Assembly: GCF_051307035.1 (NCBI RefSeq)
Contig: NZ_CP195536.1
Location: 120,001-152,000 of the forward strand
Origin: Psychrobacter sp. DM4
Lineage (GTDB): Bacteria > Pseudomonadota > Gammaproteobacteria > Pseudomonadales > Moraxellaceae
DNA length: 32,000 nt
Reading direction: 5' to 3'
Under the pieces are notes generated by a model that did not search any database, was not told where the DNA came from, and saw only the letters and a program-made list of their open reading frames with translations. Positions within the stretch are counted from its first letter, which is position 1. Each line of letters begins with the position of its first letter. The position numbers and the translations under genes are program-made. Positions 21,128 through 30,290 of the stretch are shown in pieces.

Positions 21128-22417
21128 CTACTCGTTGCTAGCAGCTTGAGCTTTGAGCCAGTCCATAAACTGCTTACTATGCTGCTCGCGCTGATTATCA
21201 GCGAAATCATAAAAGTGCGTATTGACTAAACTATCAGGCAAATAAGACTGAGGGTAATAGTGATTGGGAAAATCGTGTGGATAAGCGTAACCTTGTCCAT
21301 ACCCTTGATCGCGCATAAGTTTGGTCACGCCGTTTCTTAGATGTAGAGGTACGGCAGAAGCATCCTTTTCTGCCACTGCCATCGCCGCATTTATTGCTTT
21401 GTAAGTACTATTGCTCTTAGCACTAGTCGCCAGATATACAACTACTTGTCCTAAGATAATACGTGCCTCTGGCATACCAATAGACTGCACGCTGCGTAGT
21501 GCTGCATCTGCAAGCAATAAAGCATTGGGATTGGCATTGCCGATGTCTTCACTGGCCAAAATAACTAAGCGTCTGGCAATAAAGTCAGCAGGTTCGCCGC
21601 CGACGAGCATTCGCGCCATCCAGTATAGCGCCGCATCAGGATCTGAGCCGCGCACAGATTTTATCATCGCAGAGACGATGTCATAATGTTGCTCGCCTTC
21701 TTTGTCATAACGGATGAGCGCAGTCTGCGCCACACGCCCAATCAATTCGTCATCGATAACGAGCGGTAACTTCGCCGGGTCTGCTGTCTGTACCGCAAGC
21801 TCTAATAGGTTCAGTGCCTTTCTAGCATCACCATGAGCGAATTGGCTAATGATACCTTGCGCTTGTAAGTCAATGGTCATCTCTTTAAGCACACTGTCTT
21901 CTAAGAGCGCTCTTCTCAGGACCGCATGGATTTGCTCATCGTCCAATGGCTCTAAGCGGTACACCTGGCAGCGAGACAAGAGCGCGTTATTGACACTAAA
22001 CGAGGGATTTTCAGTCGTCGCCCCAATCAAAGTAATGTCACCTGACTCTACTGCGCCAAGCAAGGCGTCTTGCTGCGCTTTATTAAAGCGATGAATCTCA
22101 TCGATAAAGACAACAGGCGACTCAAAGCTTAGCGAGTCTTTGGTATCTAAGACTTCGCGCAGCTGTTTGACGCCAGTATTGAGTGCCGATAACGCATGAA
22201 AGGGTCTGTTCACCGCAGCAGCAAGCAGCATCGCAATAGTCGTCTTGCCAATACCCGCTTCGCCGTGCAAAATGATAGAGGGTAGATGACCTTGTTCAAC
22301 CAAACGTCGTAGCGGCGCACCATTTGCTAGCAGGTGCTCTTGACCGATAATAGCATTAAGGGAGGTGGGGCGCATACGCTGAGCGAGTGGGGTATCAGCA
22401 TGAAAAGTAGAGGACAT
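21128..22417 (-). CDS. rarA: replication-associated recombination protein A (AAA+ ATPase RarA/MgsA)
   Basis: LAQRMRP...IGQEHLL, Walker A GEAGIGKTT, Walker B VFIDEIHRFNK, GATTENPSF, HYDIVSAMIKSVRGSDPDAALYW and VPLHLRN. The start is taken at MSSTFHAD (ATG 22417). Confidence 0.95.
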   Translation of the reverse strand: MSSTFHADTPLAQRMRPTSLNAIIGQEHLLANGAPLRRLVEQGHLPSIILHGEAGIGKTTIAMLLAAAVNRPFHALSALNTGVKQLREVLDTKDSLSFESPVVFIDEIHRFNKAQQDALLGAVESGDITLIGATTENPSFSVNNALLSRCQVYRLEPLDDEQIHAVLRRALLEDSVLKEMTIDLQAQGIISQFAHGDARKALNLLELAVQTADPAKLPLVIDDELIGRVAQTALIRYDKEGEQHYDIVSAMIKSVRGSDPDAALYWMARMLVGGEPADFIARRLVILASEDIGNANPNALLLADAALRSVQSIGMPEARIILGQVVVYLATSAKSNSTYKAINAAMAVAEKDASAVPLHLRNGVTKLMRDQGYGQGYAYPHDFPNHYYPQSYLPDSLVNTHFYDFADNQREQHSKQFMDWLKAQAASNE

Positions 22418-22469
22418 GGCATTCTCAAAATCTAAAAATAACAAGTACTATAATACAGTAGCAGATGGA

Positions 22470-23042
22470 ATGATGATTATGGCTCAAAAAATTAAAAAAA
22501 GCCTGAATCGATATTTGAATACCAGATATCTGAATGCTATAAGCTCTATAGGTCTTAATCTTACTGCTAGCAAGTCGCGATATCTCACGGATGGCGAAAT
22601 TATACTGGCACGTAGCGTATTTGGTGAGGATATCAATCTTGATAAAGTAGCGCTAAAAACAGCATGGTGGGTACTCAAAAATTACGCGGTAAGTCCTAAT
22701 GGCAACATTTACTTCAGTGCAGCAGACTGGATAGAGGACTTTGCTCAGACTACTCTTAGCAAACAAAGTTGGCTCATACATGAGCTCACTCATGTCTGGC
22801 AGTTGCAGCAAGGGATTAAGGTAGTACGCGGTGCTGTTTTTGATCGTCGTTATCGCTACATCATAAAAACAGGAAAATCGTTTTTTAGATATGGTATAGA
22901 GCAGCAAGCTCGTATGGTACAAGATTATTTTATCCGTCGTCAACGCGGGCAGGACTGTCAGGACTTGCAAGCTTGTATCCCATTTCTAAGAGTGCAATCA
23001 GACAACCCCATCAAAGATACTGACAGCCCGTTCACAGTTTAG
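22470..23042 (+). CDS. uncharacterised HExxH-motif protein (zincin-like; resembles the small gammaproteobacterial family often labelled 'Vgr-related'/DUF4157-like)
   Basis: LTDGEIILARSVFGEDINLDKVAL...PNGNIYF...LIHELTHVWQLQ...RYGIEQQARMVQDYF. The start is uncertain: ATG 22416 overlaps the rarA start, while ATGs at 22470, 22473 and 22479 lie just downstream of a TATAAT at 22449-22454. Confidence 0.5.
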   Translation: MMIMAQKIKKSLNRYLNTRYLNAISSIGLNLTASKSRYLTDGEIILARSVFGEDINLDKVALKTAWWVLKNYAVSPNGNIYFSAADWIEDFAQTTLSKQSWLIHELTHVWQLQQGIKVVRGAVFDRRYRYIIKTGKSFFRYGIEQQARMVQDYFIRRQRGQDCQDLQACIPFLRVQSDNPIKDTDSPFTV

Positions 23043-23162
23043 TCTTCGAATTATTTTCAATAGTCGCTATGATAAAAACTGTTTGCAAATTACCAAACCT
23101 GCCGCAAACAAGCAATGGATTGCCATACTGGTTTTGATATTTAACAAAGGGTCTGTATTCTA

Positions 23163-24074
23163 ATGTTTAAATTTTTATCATCCAATCTAGACAATAAAGA
23201 AAACAAAAGTGTAATACGCTTACGCCATTCGGTAAGCCTAACTACAATTACCTTAACAGGCTCTATATTACTAGCCGCCTGTAATCCGCAAGCAGATCCA
23301 GAGACAACACCAGAGAAAATAGAGATCAAAACAGAAGAGCAACAGCGTGCTGAAGATAATCAATCTGTTGCGCAGAGTGATTCGGCAGCTGCTCGTATAG
23401 AGCAGTTCCAGCCTTTGTATGTCAATCAAGTGTTGGGGTTACAGCGACGCCTGCAAGCAGAGTATGAGTCGCTACAAGCGGCTGATGCCTCAGATACTGA
23501 GAATAGTCTACTAGCAGTTGATCCTGATCAAGCTGGCAATGCTCAGTTATCACCGAACGAGTCTGCCGACGATGAAAGGGTAACGAATGAAGAAGTGGCT
23601 ACTAATAATTCAGAGATGAACAGCGATATTAATACCAGCACTGAGGTAGGCGTACGTGATCTAACGGTACTCAAGCGTATCAGCTTAGAGCCGCGCAAAA
23701 CTGAGATGCTAACTGAGACGCAAGTTATAGAAAACTATCAGCAAGCAATTCAAGCGCTTTATCAGCCTGTGACCACTGACTTGAGCGCACAGGATACCGA
23801 TACGCTGCTTAATATCGCAGCGTTAATCCCGCAATTGTTTGAGCATCCAGAGATTGCAAACAGGGTGAATGCTAAGAGTCCGGCGCTTGCGCGTCTCATC
23901 ATTCAGCATCAGGTCTGGGAGCAGATAGAGGCGCAGCAAGTGGTCGATATGCAGCAAATGAAGCTGGTACAACAGCAAGAATTCGAGGCCCTTATGAGCA
24001 AGTTCAACGACACTATCAAGGACTATGACGAACAAATCGCTAAGTACGAGCAAACGTTAAAGGAATTTCAATAG
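23163..24074 (+). CDS. hypothetical acidic Q/E-rich lipoprotein
   Basis: 303-aa ORF with a lipobox-like signal ...ITLTGSILLAAC at residues 29-40. The remainder is acidic and low-complexity, with a Q-rich, coiled-coil-like C-terminus. A terminator follows. Confidence 0.5.
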   Translation: MFKFLSSNLDNKENKSVIRLRHSVSLTTITLTGSILLAACNPQADPETTPEKIEIKTEEQQRAEDNQSVAQSDSAAARIEQFQPLYVNQVLGLQRRLQAEYESLQAADASDTENSLLAVDPDQAGNAQLSPNESADDERVTNEEVATNNSEMNSDINTSTEVGVRDLTVLKRISLEPRKTEMLTETQVIENYQQAIQALYQPVTTDLSAQDTDTLLNIAALIPQLFEHPEIANRVNAKSPALARLIIQHQVWEQIEAQQVVDMQQMKLVQQQEFEALMSKFNDTIKDYDEQIAKYEQTLKEFQ

Positions 24075-24099
24075 TTTACATATACAAAATTTAAGACAT

Positions 24100-24131
24100 A
24101 AAAAATCCCGCACAGTAGGCGGGATTTTTTA
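24100..24131. terminator. bidirectional Rho-independent terminator between the lipoprotein gene and gltA
   Basis: Stem AATCCCGC (24104-24111) pairs with GCGGGATT (24119-24126), preceded by an A-run and followed by TTTTT. Confidence 0.85.
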
Positions 24132-24163
24132 TGTGTAGTCGTTTACTTTTTTGTGATCAAAAT

Positions 24164-25459
24164 CTATTTACGATCTTCAAGCTGAACGAAATCGCGTTTA
24201 GTCTCGCCCGTATATAACTGACGCGGACGACCGATTTTGAATGGCGTGCTGTGCATCTCAAGCCAATGACTGATCCAACCAGAGGTACGCGCTAGCGAGA
24301 AGATAACCGTAAACATTGACGTTGGAATACCGATAGCTTTTAAGATAATACCAGAATAAAAGTCAACGTTCGGATACAGGTTACGCTCGATGAAGAACGG
24401 ATCTTCTAAAGCAATCTTTTCAAGTGCCATAGCCAATTCAAGCTTAGGATCATCAATTCCTAAAGCTTCTAATACTTCATCAGAGGCCTTTTTGAGTACT
24501 TGCGCACGTGGATCAAAGTTTTTGTAGACACGATGACCAAAGCCCATAAGCTTCACTTCACGGCTCTTCACCTTTTCCATAAACTCCGGCACATTTTCAA
24601 CTGATCCGATCTCATCTAACATCTCAAGCACAGCTTCGTTTGCGCCGCCGTGTGATGGACCCCAAAGGGCGGCAATACCTGCAGCGATACAGGCGTAAGG
24701 GTTTGCGCCAGTAGAACCTGCTAGACGTACCGTAGAGGTTGATGCATTTTGCTCATGATCTGCATGCAAAGTAAAGATCTTATCCATAGCATCAGCAATG
24801 ATAGGATTCACTTTATAGTCAGTATCGCCTGGAGTTGCAAACATCATGTATAAGAAGTTCTCAGCATAGCTAAAATCTTTGCGTGGATACATGAATGGCT
24901 CGCCCTGTGAGTATTTATAACTCATAGCAGCAAGGGTTGGCATTTTGGCGATGAGGCGAATAGCGGTAAGCTCACGATCATTCTCATTGCTGATGTCTAG
25001 GCCTTCATGATAAAACGCGGATAAGGCACCAACGACACCAACCATAATAGCCATAGGATGGGCATCACGGCGAAAGCCTTCAAAGAACTTACGCAATTGG
25101 TCATGTACTGCTGAATGCTGACGAATTTTTTTGAAAAAATCTTCTTTTTGCTCGCTGTTTGGAAGTTCACCATTGATAAGAGCATAGGCGACTTCTAGGT
25201 ATTCAGCATTATTGGCCAATTGATCAATGGGGTAACCACGATGCAACAGCTCACCTTTACCGCCATTGATGAAAGTGATCTTTGATTCAACGGGAGCCGT
25301 GACTTTAAATCCAGGGTCATAAGACCAGTAGCCCGCTTCTTGTAAGGCAGCAACATCAATAACCGACTGTCCTAAAGTACCATCTGTAATAGGCAGCTGG
25401 TATTCATTACCATCTATAGTTAATGTGGCACTCTTATCAGCCATATTGTTATCAGCCAT
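24164..25459 (-). CDS. gltA: type II (hexameric-type) citrate synthase
   Basis: 431-aa ORF with [45 protein letters not shown] and [10 protein letters not shown] blocks. It is divergent from sdhC, as in many Proteobacteria. Met1 or Met6 may be the start. Confidence 0.97.
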   Translation of the reverse strand: MADNNMADKSATLTIDGNEYQLPITDGTLGQSVIDVAALQEAGYWSYDPGFKVTAPVESKITFINGGKGELLHRGYPIDQLANNAEYLEVAYALINGELPNSEQKEDFFKKIRQHSAVHDQLRKFFEGFRRDAHPMAIMVGVVGALSAFYHEGLDISNENDRELTAIRLIAKMPTLAAMSYKYSQGEPFMYPRKDFSYAENFLYMMFATPGDTDYKVNPIIADAMDKIFTLHADHEQNASTSTVRLAGSTGANPYACIAAGIAALWGPSHGGANEAVLEMLDEIGSVENVPEFMEKVKSREVKLMGFGHRVYKNFDPRAQVLKKASDEVLEALGIDDPKLELAMALEKIALEDPFFIERNLYPNVDFYSGIILKAIGIPTSMFTVIFSLARTSGWISHWLEMHSTPFKIGRPRQLYTGETKRDFVQLEDRK

Positions 25460-26282
25460 AATTTCCTCTCCATTGGTTTTAATTTATTAACACAAAAACG
25501 AAACTAACGCCTATTTTTGCGTCGTTACGAGTCAAACAGTGACTCGCAAAATCTTATTGATACGTTATCTTATCTATTTTAGCAGTAAACAACAGTGATT
25601 TGAAAAGACTTTTAGCATTCATGCTATCGATCAACGGCCCTTGTGGACGTTTAGATGCGGTAATTATTGTATCAAAATATGTATGATTACTGACATTACA
25701 AATATTTTATAAAAAATGATACTTTTACTAGATATGGTCTAGACAACGATATGTTCTATCTAAATTTCGATTAAAATACAAAGATATAGTCATCATTGTG
25801 ACGTTTCAAGTTGTTAACAGACCGTTAAAATCCTTTTATAACTCATTATTCAGACGATAAGTTTGTAATTAGTGCTCAGGCATTTTATAATTGAGACAAT
25901 TTGGCTAAAGCAAACTTTGTTGGCGTGAGTAGATGAAGATGAGACAACGTTATTATGTCCATTGTAAGATCTACTACGAACTTATATTTTGTTACCATAA
26001 AGACGGACATTCATAGGATAGATATATTTCTTAACTTGAATGTTTTTGTTATTTGTTCTATTTTTAAGTAGCTTATCTTGAAGTCTTCCTTAATAATGTA
26101 ATCTATGTTTACAGTGGGGTTGTGACTTGAAGTGCTACATAGATAGAGCAGCCATAGTTGGTACAAAATAGACAAGGTCAATTAGCTCTTCCTAACTCTA
26201 TTCGCCTCATTATTTGCACCGTGCTTAGAGTTATATGGCTCTTTTGAGCACCAAGTAGATACATGAGTATAACCGCAAAAGG

Positions 26283-26672
26283 ATGACCGCTGTGAAAAGC
26301 AACCGACCCATTGATCTACCTATGAGTCAAGTGATTAGCGTTAATGCAAAATCACCTATCGCTATTGCCTCAATCTTGCACCGTATTTCAGGTATCGTTC
26401 TATTCTTACTTATTCCTGTCATGCTTTGGTTACTACAGACTTCTTTGGCATCACCTGAGAGCTTTGCAACTGTATTCGATAACGTTTTGGTTCGTTTTGT
26501 GGCTTGGATATTTGTCGCTGCCATCTCTTACCATTTTGTGATGGGTATGAAGCATTTGTTTGCTGATATGGGCATGAACGAAGAGCTAAAGTCTGGTCGC
26601 ACAGCTGCTGTTGTGAGCTTTGTTATCGCTGCGATACTGATCGTTGCGTCATTTATATGGGTGATGTTCTAA
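26283..26672 (+). CDS. sdhC: succinate dehydrogenase cytochrome b556 subunit
   Basis: KSNRPIDL...IASILHRISGIVLF, with three TM helices. An alternative start is GTG 26292, which sits 8 nt after AAAGGA. Confidence 0.9.
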   Translation: MTAVKSNRPIDLPMSQVISVNAKSPIAIASILHRISGIVLFLLIPVMLWLLQTSLASPESFATVFDNVLVRFVAWIFVAAISYHFVMGMKHLFADMGMNEELKSGRTAAVVSFVIAAILIVASFIWVMF

Positions 26673-27079
26673 TGATTAAGAATAATTCAGGTATCAAGAG
26701 CGCAACAGGTTTGACAGGTTCAGGGTCACGCGATTGGATTGTGCAACGTTTTGGCGCTGTGGTATTGGCTCTATATAGCTTGACCCTGCTAGGTTTCTTT
26801 TTGACCCATGGCAGCGTTGATTTTTATGAGTGGTTTGGCTTTATGAACAGTTTGCCTATGCGTCTATTTAGTCTAGTCGCTATTATTGCTCTAGCAGGTC
26901 ATGCTTGGGTTGGTATGTGGACCGTGTTTACAGATTACATCACCACTAGCAAAGTCGGTGCAAAAGCTGCAGGCTTGCGTCTAGCGCTACAAGCATTGAT
27001 GGTTGCAGCAATCTTGGTCTACGTATTTTGGGGCATCATGATCTTTTGGGGTAATGGCTTCAACGTCGTTGCTGTTTAA
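26672..27079 (+). CDS. sdhD: succinate dehydrogenase hydrophobic membrane anchor subunit
   Basis: ATG 26672 overlaps the sdhC stop (TAATG). GSRDWIVQRFGAVVLALY plus a three-TM pattern is typical of SdhD. Confidence 0.85.
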   Translation: MIKNNSGIKSATGLTGSGSRDWIVQRFGAVVLALYSLTLLGFFLTHGSVDFYEWFGFMNSLPMRLFSLVAIIALAGHAWVGMWTVFTDYITTSKVGAKAAGLRLALQALMVAAILVYVFWGIMIFWGNGFNVVAV

Positions 27080-27489
27080 TCGATAGCTTTTTGTAGACTG
27101 CTACTTTGTTCGATGATTACTTTTTCATTACTGACCTAATAGTTAATTGCTTGCAAATACAAACTGTTAAGTCACAAATGAAGTGTTTAAAAGTAGCAAA
27201 TTGATGACTATATAGAATAGTAGCCACCCGTGATGTCCTAATTTGCCAGTAGTGTAAGGATATAACGAATCAACAAGGCTACTAGCATTGACACTGATAA
27301 AGATTAAGCCGTTCATATTCTTGCAAGTAGTTTGATGGGTATTATAAACGCCGCCCACACGAATGATGACATCGCTCTTATATCGCCAGTAGATAGTCTA
27401 TATGCACAGAGCTATAGACCAACCTATCAGATAATCCTTATTTACTTCACAAGTACTACTTATATTGAGTACTCATTAGGAAGACCATA

Positions 27490-29340
27490 ATGGCAACTAG
27501 ACAAGATAATACTATTAGCAATATTAAGACCCTAAATTACGATGCTATCATTGTTGGTGGCGGCGGTTCAGGTATGCGCGCCTCATTGCAACTGGCAGAA
27601 GCAGGTATGAATGTTGCTGTCCTTACCAAGGTGTTTCCAACGCGCTCGCATACAGTAGCAGCACAGGGCGGTATTGGCGCAAGCCTTGGTAATATGAGTA
27701 ATGACAACTGGCATTTTCACTTTTATGATACGGTCAAAGGTTCAGACTGGTTAGGCGATCAAGACGCTATCGAGTACATGTGCCGTGAAGCGCCAAAAGT
27801 AGTCTATGAGCTTGAACATATGGGAATGCCGTTCGATCGTAACGAAGACGGTACTATCTATCAGCGTCCCTTTGGCGGACACACCTCAAACTATGGTGAA
27901 AAGGCTGTTCAACGCGCTTGCGCTGCAGCTGACCGTACGGGTCATGCGCTATTGCATACGCTATATCAGAAAAACCTAGAGCAAGGCACGCAGTTCTTTG
28001 TTGAGTGGATTGCTCTTGATTTGATTAAAGACGAAGCGGGCAATATCAACGGTGTTGTTGCTTTAGAGCAAGAGACAGGTACGGTTGCCGTATTCCAAGC
28101 ACCGATCACGGTACTCGCAACGGGCGGTGCAGGGCGTATTTTTGAAGCATCAACTAATGCTTATATTAATACGGGCGACGGTATCGGCATGGCGGTACGC
28201 GCAGGCGTTCCACTAGAAGATATGGAGTTTTGGCAGTTTCATCCGACGGGTGTCGCAGGCGCAGGTGTCCTGTTAACTGAGGGCTGCCGAGGCGAAGGTG
28301 CTATCTTACGTAACAAAGACGGTGAAGCCTTTATGGAGCGCTATGCGCCAACTGTCAAAGATTTAGCACCGCGTGATCTAGTCTCACGTTCTATGGATCA
28401 AGAGATCAAAGAGGGTCGAGGTTGTGGCCCTAATGGCGATTATATCGTAATGGATATGACGCATTTAGGGGTCGAAACCATCATGAAGCGCTTGCCATCC
28501 GTTTTTGAGATTGGCAGAAACTTCGCAAACGTTGATATCACCAAAGAGCCGATTCCAGTTATTCCAACTATTCATTATATGATGGGCGGCATTCCAACGA
28601 CGATCCATGGTCAAGTAGTCAAACCCGATCTAGAAGCGGGTACGGATGATGAAGGTCTATATACCGAAGGCAATATTGTCCAAGGTCTATATGCTATTGG
28701 CGAATGTGCTTGCGTGAGCGTTCATGGTGCTAACCGTTTAGGAACCAACTCACTCCTTGATCTATTAGTCTTTGGTCGCGCCGCTGGTAAACATATTGTT
28801 GATGAATTTCATCAAAACGATCACAATTACAAGCCTATGGATCCACGCGTACTTGATTATACCGTCGGTCGTTTAGACAAATTACAGCAATCAACTGAAG
28901 GTCACAATGCTCAAGACGTGGCTGATGAGATCCGTACTATTATGCAGACGCATGCTAGTGTATTCCGTACACAAGCGATGATGGATGAAGGGGTCGAGAA
29001 ACTTCTAGCCCTTGGTGAAAAGGTTGAAAATATTCACCTAGCGGATAAATCTCAGGTCTTTAATACTGCCCGAATTGAAGCGTTCGAAGTGGCAAACCTC
29101 TATGAAGTCGCAAAAGCAACTATGATCTCTGCTGCTAGCCGGCACGAAAGTCGTGGCGCTCATAGTGTTGCTGATTATGATCGTCCAGAAGATGATGATT
29201 ATGCACCAAATGGCCGTAACGACCACGAATGGATGAAACATACCTTGTGGTATTCTGAAGGCAATCGTATTGTCTATAAGCCTGTGCGAAAAATACCACT
29301 CACTGTTGACTACATTGAGCCTAAAGTTCGCGTTTATTAG
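27490..29340 (+). CDS. sdhA: succinate dehydrogenase flavoprotein subunit
   Basis: FAD-binding IVGGGGSGMRA, covalent-FAD His context RSHTVAAQGGI, HPTG and ECACVSVHGANRLGTNSLLDL. AGGAAG precedes the ATG. Confidence 0.97.
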   Translation: MATRQDNTISNIKTLNYDAIIVGGGGSGMRASLQLAEAGMNVAVLTKVFPTRSHTVAAQGGIGASLGNMSNDNWHFHFYDTVKGSDWLGDQDAIEYMCREAPKVVYELEHMGMPFDRNEDGTIYQRPFGGHTSNYGEKAVQRACAAADRTGHALLHTLYQKNLEQGTQFFVEWIALDLIKDEAGNINGVVALEQETGTVAVFQAPITVLATGGAGRIFEASTNAYINTGDGIGMAVRAGVPLEDMEFWQFHPTGVAGAGVLLTEGCRGEGAILRNKDGEAFMERYAPTVKDLAPRDLVSRSMDQEIKEGRGCGPNGDYIVMDMTHLGVETIMKRLPSVFEIGRNFANVDITKEPIPVIPTIHYMMGGIPTTIHGQVVKPDLEAGTDDEGLYTEGNIVQGLYAIGECACVSVHGANRLGTNSLLDLLVFGRAAGKHIVDEFHQNDHNYKPMDPRVLDYTVGRLDKLQQSTEGHNAQDVADEIRTIMQTHASVFRTQAMMDEGVEKLLALGEKVENIHLADKSQVFNTARIEAFEVANLYEVAKATMISAASRHESRGAHSVADYDRPEDDDYAPNGRNDHEWMKHTLWYSEGNRIVYKPVRKIPLTVDYIEPKVRVY

Positions 29341-29513
29341 TTAGTTTATATGGCGACTACTAATGATCATTTTTAGTCGCTTGGTTTTACTATTAATTCA
29401 TCTATTACAAAGGGTAAATGCAAGCCTGAGGTAAGTATGAGTACTACTGATTTTATGACTTTACTTATACAATACCGACAAGCCAGCCATTACCTAGTGT
29501 GGAGTTAAGTATT

Positions 29514-30224
29514 ATGAGCAGAGGCAACCGTACTATCGAGATATACCGCTACGATCCTGACAGGGACGCAGCTCCGCGTATGCAAACTTACAATATTGAG
29601 CTACTAGAATCGGATCGTATGTTGCTTGATGTTTTGCTACGTCTAAAAAAAGAAGACGAGACTATTACCTTTAGACGCTCATGTCGTGAAGGGATCTGCG
29701 GATCTGATGGCATGAACATCAATGGTAAAAATGGTTTAGCTTGTCTATTAAACATGAATACTTTACCTGAAAAAATTACCGTACGTCCATTACCTGGATT
29801 ACCCGTTGTTCGTGATCTGGTCGTCGACATGAACCAGTTTTACGAGCAGTACGAAAAAGTGCATCCGTATTTGATCAACGATCAGCCAGCACCACCAACA
29901 GAGCGTTTACAATCTCCTGAGCAGCGTGAAGAGCTAAATGGTTTATATGAGTGTATTTTATGCGCTTGTTGTTCGACCAGCTGTCCATCATTTTGGTGGA
30001 ATCCTGACAAGTTCTTAGGTCCATCAGCTCTATTGCATGCTTATCGTTTTGTAGCAGACAGTCGTGATAGTGATGCGCAAGCACGCCTAGCACGTCTTGA
30101 TGATCCGTTCAGCTTATTCCGTTGTCGCGGTATCATGAACTGTGTGTCTGTATGTCCAAAGGGTTTAAATCCAACTCGAGCGATTGGCCATCTACGTAAT
30201 ATGCTAATAGACCAAGCAGGCTAA
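29514..30224 (+). CDS. sdhB: succinate dehydrogenase iron-sulfur subunit
   Basis: Three Fe-S cluster motifs: CREGICGSDGMNINGKNGLAC, CILCACCSTSCP and CRGIMNCVSVCPKGLNP. The start is ATG 29514 (MSRGNRTIEIYRY), with GGAG 9 nt upstream. Confidence 0.97.
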   Translation: MSRGNRTIEIYRYDPDRDAAPRMQTYNIELLESDRMLLDVLLRLKKEDETITFRRSCREGICGSDGMNINGKNGLACLLNMNTLPEKITVRPLPGLPVVRDLVVDMNQFYEQYEKVHPYLINDQPAPPTERLQSPEQREELNGLYECILCACCSTSCPSFWWNPDKFLGPSALLHAYRFVADSRDSDAQARLARLDDPFSLFRCRGIMNCVSVCPKGLNPTRAIGHLRNMLIDQAG

Positions 30225-30254
30225 AACATCAAGTTTGTTAGTCTTTTGAAATTA

Positions 30255-30290
30255 AAAACACCGCCGAGTGACTTGGCGGTGTTTTTTTTG
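30255..30290 (+). terminator. strong Rho-independent terminator after sdhB
   Basis: An 11-bp stem AAAACACCGCC (30255-30265) pairs with GGCGGTGTTTT (30275-30285), running into a T8 tract. Confidence 0.9.

Noticed and set aside
25933-26016. A 27-codon ORF (MKMRQRYYVHCKIYYELIFCYHKDGHS) and other tiny ORFs in the gltA-sdhC intergenic region.
   Set aside because: There is only a weak or absent SD and no recognisable family. ORFs of this length are expected by chance, so they are mentioned only within the intergenic-region finding.
27167-27358. A 63-aa minus-strand ORF in the sdhD-sdhA spacer.
   Set aside because: It is antisense to the operon, has no SD, no family resemblance and odd composition. 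I kept the spacer itself as a finding but do not call this ORF a gene.
27452-29448. A shared 9-mer AGTACTACT (27452-27460 and 29440-29448), with TGAGTACT nearby in both sdh spacers, as a possible common regulatory motif.
   Set aside because: My rough expectation for one shared 9-mer between two AT-rich regions of these sizes is on the order of one. It is not significant without conservation data.
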